DNA of 64,000 bases, from positions 11,842,001 through 11,906,000 of the forward strand of contig JBHGNT010000012.1 in the NCBI GenBank assembly GCA_043228905.1, in the 5' to 3' direction. The notes under the pieces were generated by a model. The model had not been told where the DNA came from and searched no databases. It worked only from the letters and a program-made list of their open reading frames with translations. Shown here piece after piece: positions 60,101-64,000 of the stretch (positions are counted from its first letter, which is position 1; each line of letters opens with the position of its first letter). The DNA comes from Azolla caroliniana (Eukaryota > Plantae > Polypodiophyta). The translations under genes and the position numbers were made by a program.

Positions 60101-62285
60101 GGCGTTACCACCTTTGGATCTACACAACCAATCTCCTCAACTTTGAATGCGAACGCTTTCCCATGCCTAAAGATCATGTCTTTGAAAGTCGCGATCTTTG
60201 ATTGCAGAAGAAATTCACCCCCTCTGATTCTTAAGTTATTTATTGTATATGGAGTGAAGTGATGTCCAATCTTCTCTATTGGTCGAAGCATAAGCTTAGT
60301 TGATGCTGCCTTCATCTTCTCTTTGCTACCAATAGGTAATGGTATTGCAGCAGGTTTAATCTTTTTATCTATTGTTTTATATTTTGTGTTACATAAACCT
60401 TCTACTTCTTCATATTTACAATTATACTTATCAATTTCATAATACATATCAACCGAGTTTACATGTATCTTTCTAACATTCGCATCATCTTCTTTCAAAT
60501 ACATTTCTAACTCTTCTAAAGTATTTGCAAAAGAAATTTCTTCCATAACACTTTCAATCTGCTCTTCCATTTCAAGTACTCCATTATCCTTCAATGCATG
60601 CTGAAACAGATTAGCATTCTTTTTCAAGTTCCTCTTGCATTCATACATCCTAGTCACACATATAGCACCACTTTCAGAAACATGAAATGACTTATTCATA
60701 TGTTATAATGCCCTATATGATGGTCTTTTAATAATGGGACTATTGCAACCCTCACCCGCAACAGTCCTAGTCAAAAACCTGATTATCAAAATCATCACAA
60801 TCGTTTGGTATTGAATGATCAAGAAGCTCTTGCTTGTTCCTCTCATGATTTGGGCGAACTGTCATAAATTGTACAGTTCGTCGTCCATCTTGGCTACGGA
60901 CTTTCGCATAGGCAGAACCATTGTCGAGGACGTTGGTCTCCATCCGTACCGTTGTAATGTATGGTTGCCCCAAGATTATTGGATAGGTAGATCCTTCCTA
61001 CACAAAGAAATGTTGATCTACCTCTATATCACCAATAGTAACCTTTACATTTGGGCATGCACCAAATAAATCTTCGGTGACTAATGTGGCCGCTTTTACG
61101 CGCCAACCATGCTAAGTATCAATTGGCCATTTACCTTTCTTGTAAAAATCAGCACTCATTATATTTATTTCAGAACCATGATCAATAAGTGCCATCACTG
61201 GGTCTGGAACATTTCCAATCTTCACATGATGCTCAGTAGTGGCTTCTTGTCTTTGTTGAACTTATCATCGAGGTTGATGCATGTTGAGAGTCAACAATGA
61301 TATTGTTCGACTCGTTGCTTACCACTTCATATGCCACCTTCGGATTTGTCTCTTTAACTTGCTCATTTATTTGCTTCTTTCTTTGCACAATATCAATTAT
61401 TTCATCATGAAATTCCTTTTTTGCAATACCTAACACTTCTCTTAGTGTAAATTCTACTCGACTGTCTAGTATTCTTATTTCTAAAACTTTCTTTAAATCT
61501 ATATCCTTTTCAATATCAAACATTAATTTGAATGAAGGACCAGATTTACCTTTTTCGACTTTTGCATCCATCTCTTTTCTTTTGCTTGCTCTTGTCTCAT
61601 GCTTTTTTGTTGAGCCAATCTCATCATCCGGCCTTTTCCTTTTTTCTTCCACTATCACCTCATGCTCTTGGTGTTCTACCATCTGAGCATAGACCGTCAT
61701 AGCATCTACTGGAACATTAATTCCAGTGTTTTTCCTTACAAAATCTCCAGCAACACGAAGGTCTTCCATCTTCATCTTTTGCTTTTGTGCGGTACTTACA
61801 ACCTTCTCCCAGAATGATGATCGGGATGGCATGTCATCGAGGCGCATTCCTGCCGTTGCCGAGTAGTGCATTGCGGAAACCTTCTTTGCTTCAACTTCTT
61901 CAAATTTAACCTTAACACCACCATCACCAAAGTTCTTTGTAAGCGGACTTCTAGTTTTAGTTAAATAAATGTTACCATTTTTCCAATACACCAAGTCTCG
62001 ATTTTCCATGTCTTTATATTCTTCACAATCACGTAGACAATGTTTGAGACTATTGTTACCGATTAGGAACACGGTCTACGGTCAGTCCTTTGACCTAGAC
62101 CTCCAAGTGGTTGTGGAACGACGAATAGGTGTCTATGCGTAATGCGTAGGGGAATGTTCCCTGTAACTTATCAACGTATAAGGGAGACGACTACAACCAA
62201 CTCCTTAGCAATAGTTACACTTACGTTCTTACACGCTCAGGTATTCCAGACATACAGTAGATTAACCATAGCTATACACAGACTT

Positions 62286-63962
62286 TCAGAGAAGATAGAA
62301 TTCTATTATGATACGTTCCTTTACATAGAAGTCTACCGTGGTGTCGACTGTCTCAATCGTTACTTCCTCCGTGGTGTCGACCGTCTTTGTACGTTCCAGG
62401 GAGTGGGGCTGTGATTCCGCCTGGCTCGCGCTGTTCTCCGTGTGGTCCGATGATAGCGTGGGCTCGTGCGGATGAACCTCCTCTTGGGCAATGGTTTCGC
62501 TGTCTGGTACTGTGGGGGACTCCGCTCGTCGGTCCGTGTTGTTCACCATCGTTGTAATTTCTGGTGATTTGGCCTGAGGTTCCTGTTCTCCGGCCGTGCC
62601 CGGAATTGGCGTCGCGCTGGATTCCTCATTTGTTCGCGTGTTGCCGGCTTGTGTGATATGGTGAAATAGCTCCTCCTGGATTTCACCAAAATTGTCTAAG
62701 AGCTGCGCGAGTTCTTCGGAGTGTTGGTCCGCTAGTGCACGATAGTCTTGCGCTAGGTCCTCTCGTACGGTCGCAATGCTCTCCTCATTTAGTTTATAGA
62801 AACCTCGGCTGTCTTTTTGCCAGTTCTCCCAGTTCGCACGATACGCGTGCAATTCCGCTGCCTGGGTTGCCCACGCCATCCATCCTTTGTCCAACGTCGT
62901 TTTCAATTGCGTTGTGAACCTCTCCCGATTTATTTGGAGAAGGATATGCACGTTGTCTGTGATGGCCTGGCAACGGTTGCGTGCGTCCTCCATCGACTTT
63001 TGGGGGTTTGCAATTTCTTGCTATTTAACCGCCACCGCTTCTTCGTACATGGCCTTCAGGCCCGCCCACAGCTGGGATTCCTTTGCATGTTGTTCTTCTA
63101 ATTTCCCCATTTCATTGTTTAGGCAGATTTCGAGCTGATGCCTTCTTTCCTGTTCGACCACCAGCTGCTCGTCGAACCATACCTTCTTTTTCTCTAATAA
63201 GGCCCGATGTCCTGCGATTGTTGTGTCCGATTTCTTCGCTTCATCCTGTATTTGGGCGTTTTCGTCTTTTGTCCAGATGTGTTGAGCTACCTCCGTAGTG
63301 AGTTTCTCTTCAAGGATTTTTACTGCCTTCCGGCCGTTAGCCCGAATCTCCTTTTCTCTGTTTGAGGATTGGCGCAGTTCAGCTCGAAGGTGGTCAATTT
63401 TTGATTCCGCAAGTTGCACGACCCTTTTTGCTTTCGAGGCGATGGCGGTTTGAGCCTCAATTTCTTCCTTCAAAGAGTCGATGGCGTGGTTTGGTGGCGG
63501 AGTTGTGTGTTGTGCCGTAGTCGCGTTAGCTTCCAACTCCGTGATGCGTTCGTTGGCTTTTTGCAGCTCGGCTTGGGTCATTTTCACCTTCTTCCAAACA
63601 TTCTTATTTTTAATGGCCATCTCCTTGGCGCCCGTGCTGACCTTTGCCAGTTCCCTATGGACTTCATCTAGGGCCGTGTTTAATGGGGGTAGCTCCATCC
63701 CTACTCGGCGTACCCCGGCGTTCCTCTATCTGCCGACCCTGGCTAGCCAGTCGTCATCGTCACTCTCTGCCGTTTGTGTCAGGGCGCGCTCGATCATCTG
63801 GCGCTCTGCGTGCTCCTCGATCATTCGTTGGGAGGCTTTTATTTGTTGTGTTGCCAGGAATTCCATGATCTCAAAAGAGGTTCCGAATTGTAAGAGGGCG
63901 CTGAACTCATGGGCCGTATTTGGGATATCTGGATATGCCAACACCTCGCTTTCCGTTGTCAA
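62286..63962 (-). pseudogene. Long coiled-coil ORF (~560 codons, two in-frame TAG stops), probably an accessory ORF of an element inserted into the Gypsy gag at ~62054
   Basis: ORFs 63726..63962, 63021..63698 and 62286..62993 share one frame. GC content rises abruptly after TGTTACCG at 62054, which cuts the gag zinc knuckle. Confidence 0.6.
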
Positions 63963-64000
63963 TACGGCTTTCCCTCGTTGGGACTGGGTCGTAATGATCG

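Larger units (their letters stand above)
56260..62053 (-). mobile_element. Decayed Ty3/Gypsy retrotransposon (partial gag, protease, RT, RNase H, integrase, PPT, 3' LTR from 57293)
   Basis: Gypsy domain order. Motifs DHGSEIN, DLYSGYDQ, LPQGATNS, FLDDIPIKG, NYAQVKREL, ANGKIERGH, WFGPY. PPT AGAGGGGGTGGA then TGTCGTGAAG. Confidence 0.9.

Overview
Repeat-dense nuclear DNA from a land plant; the TE families suggest a seed-free, fern-like lineage (inference). About 85-90% of the window is nested transposable elements. These are at least eight Ty1/Copia elements or remnants (one young and fully intact at 50336-55657), a decayed Ty3/Gypsy, two copies of an RTEX-like LINE, an L1 LINE, solo LTRs, and two decayed copies of a Sola-like/DUF7869-type DDE transposase. 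One host gene was reconstructed by hand on the minus strand: a five-exon SYP5 (syntaxin-51/52)-like gene, exons 42151-41922, 30351-30253, 12018-11924, 11853-11801 and 11611-11498, 196 aa. Its first two introns are about 11.6 and 18.2 kb and are filled with TEs, and the protein appears to lack the SNARE coiled coil. Other notable structures are a ~1 kb hairpin (9188-10230), two tRNA-like boxes in a Gypsy LTR, LINE ends tied to (GA)n microsatellites, and a TIR-less transposase fragment inside a Copia gag. All calls were made by eye without database searches; coordinates of decayed elements are approximate.
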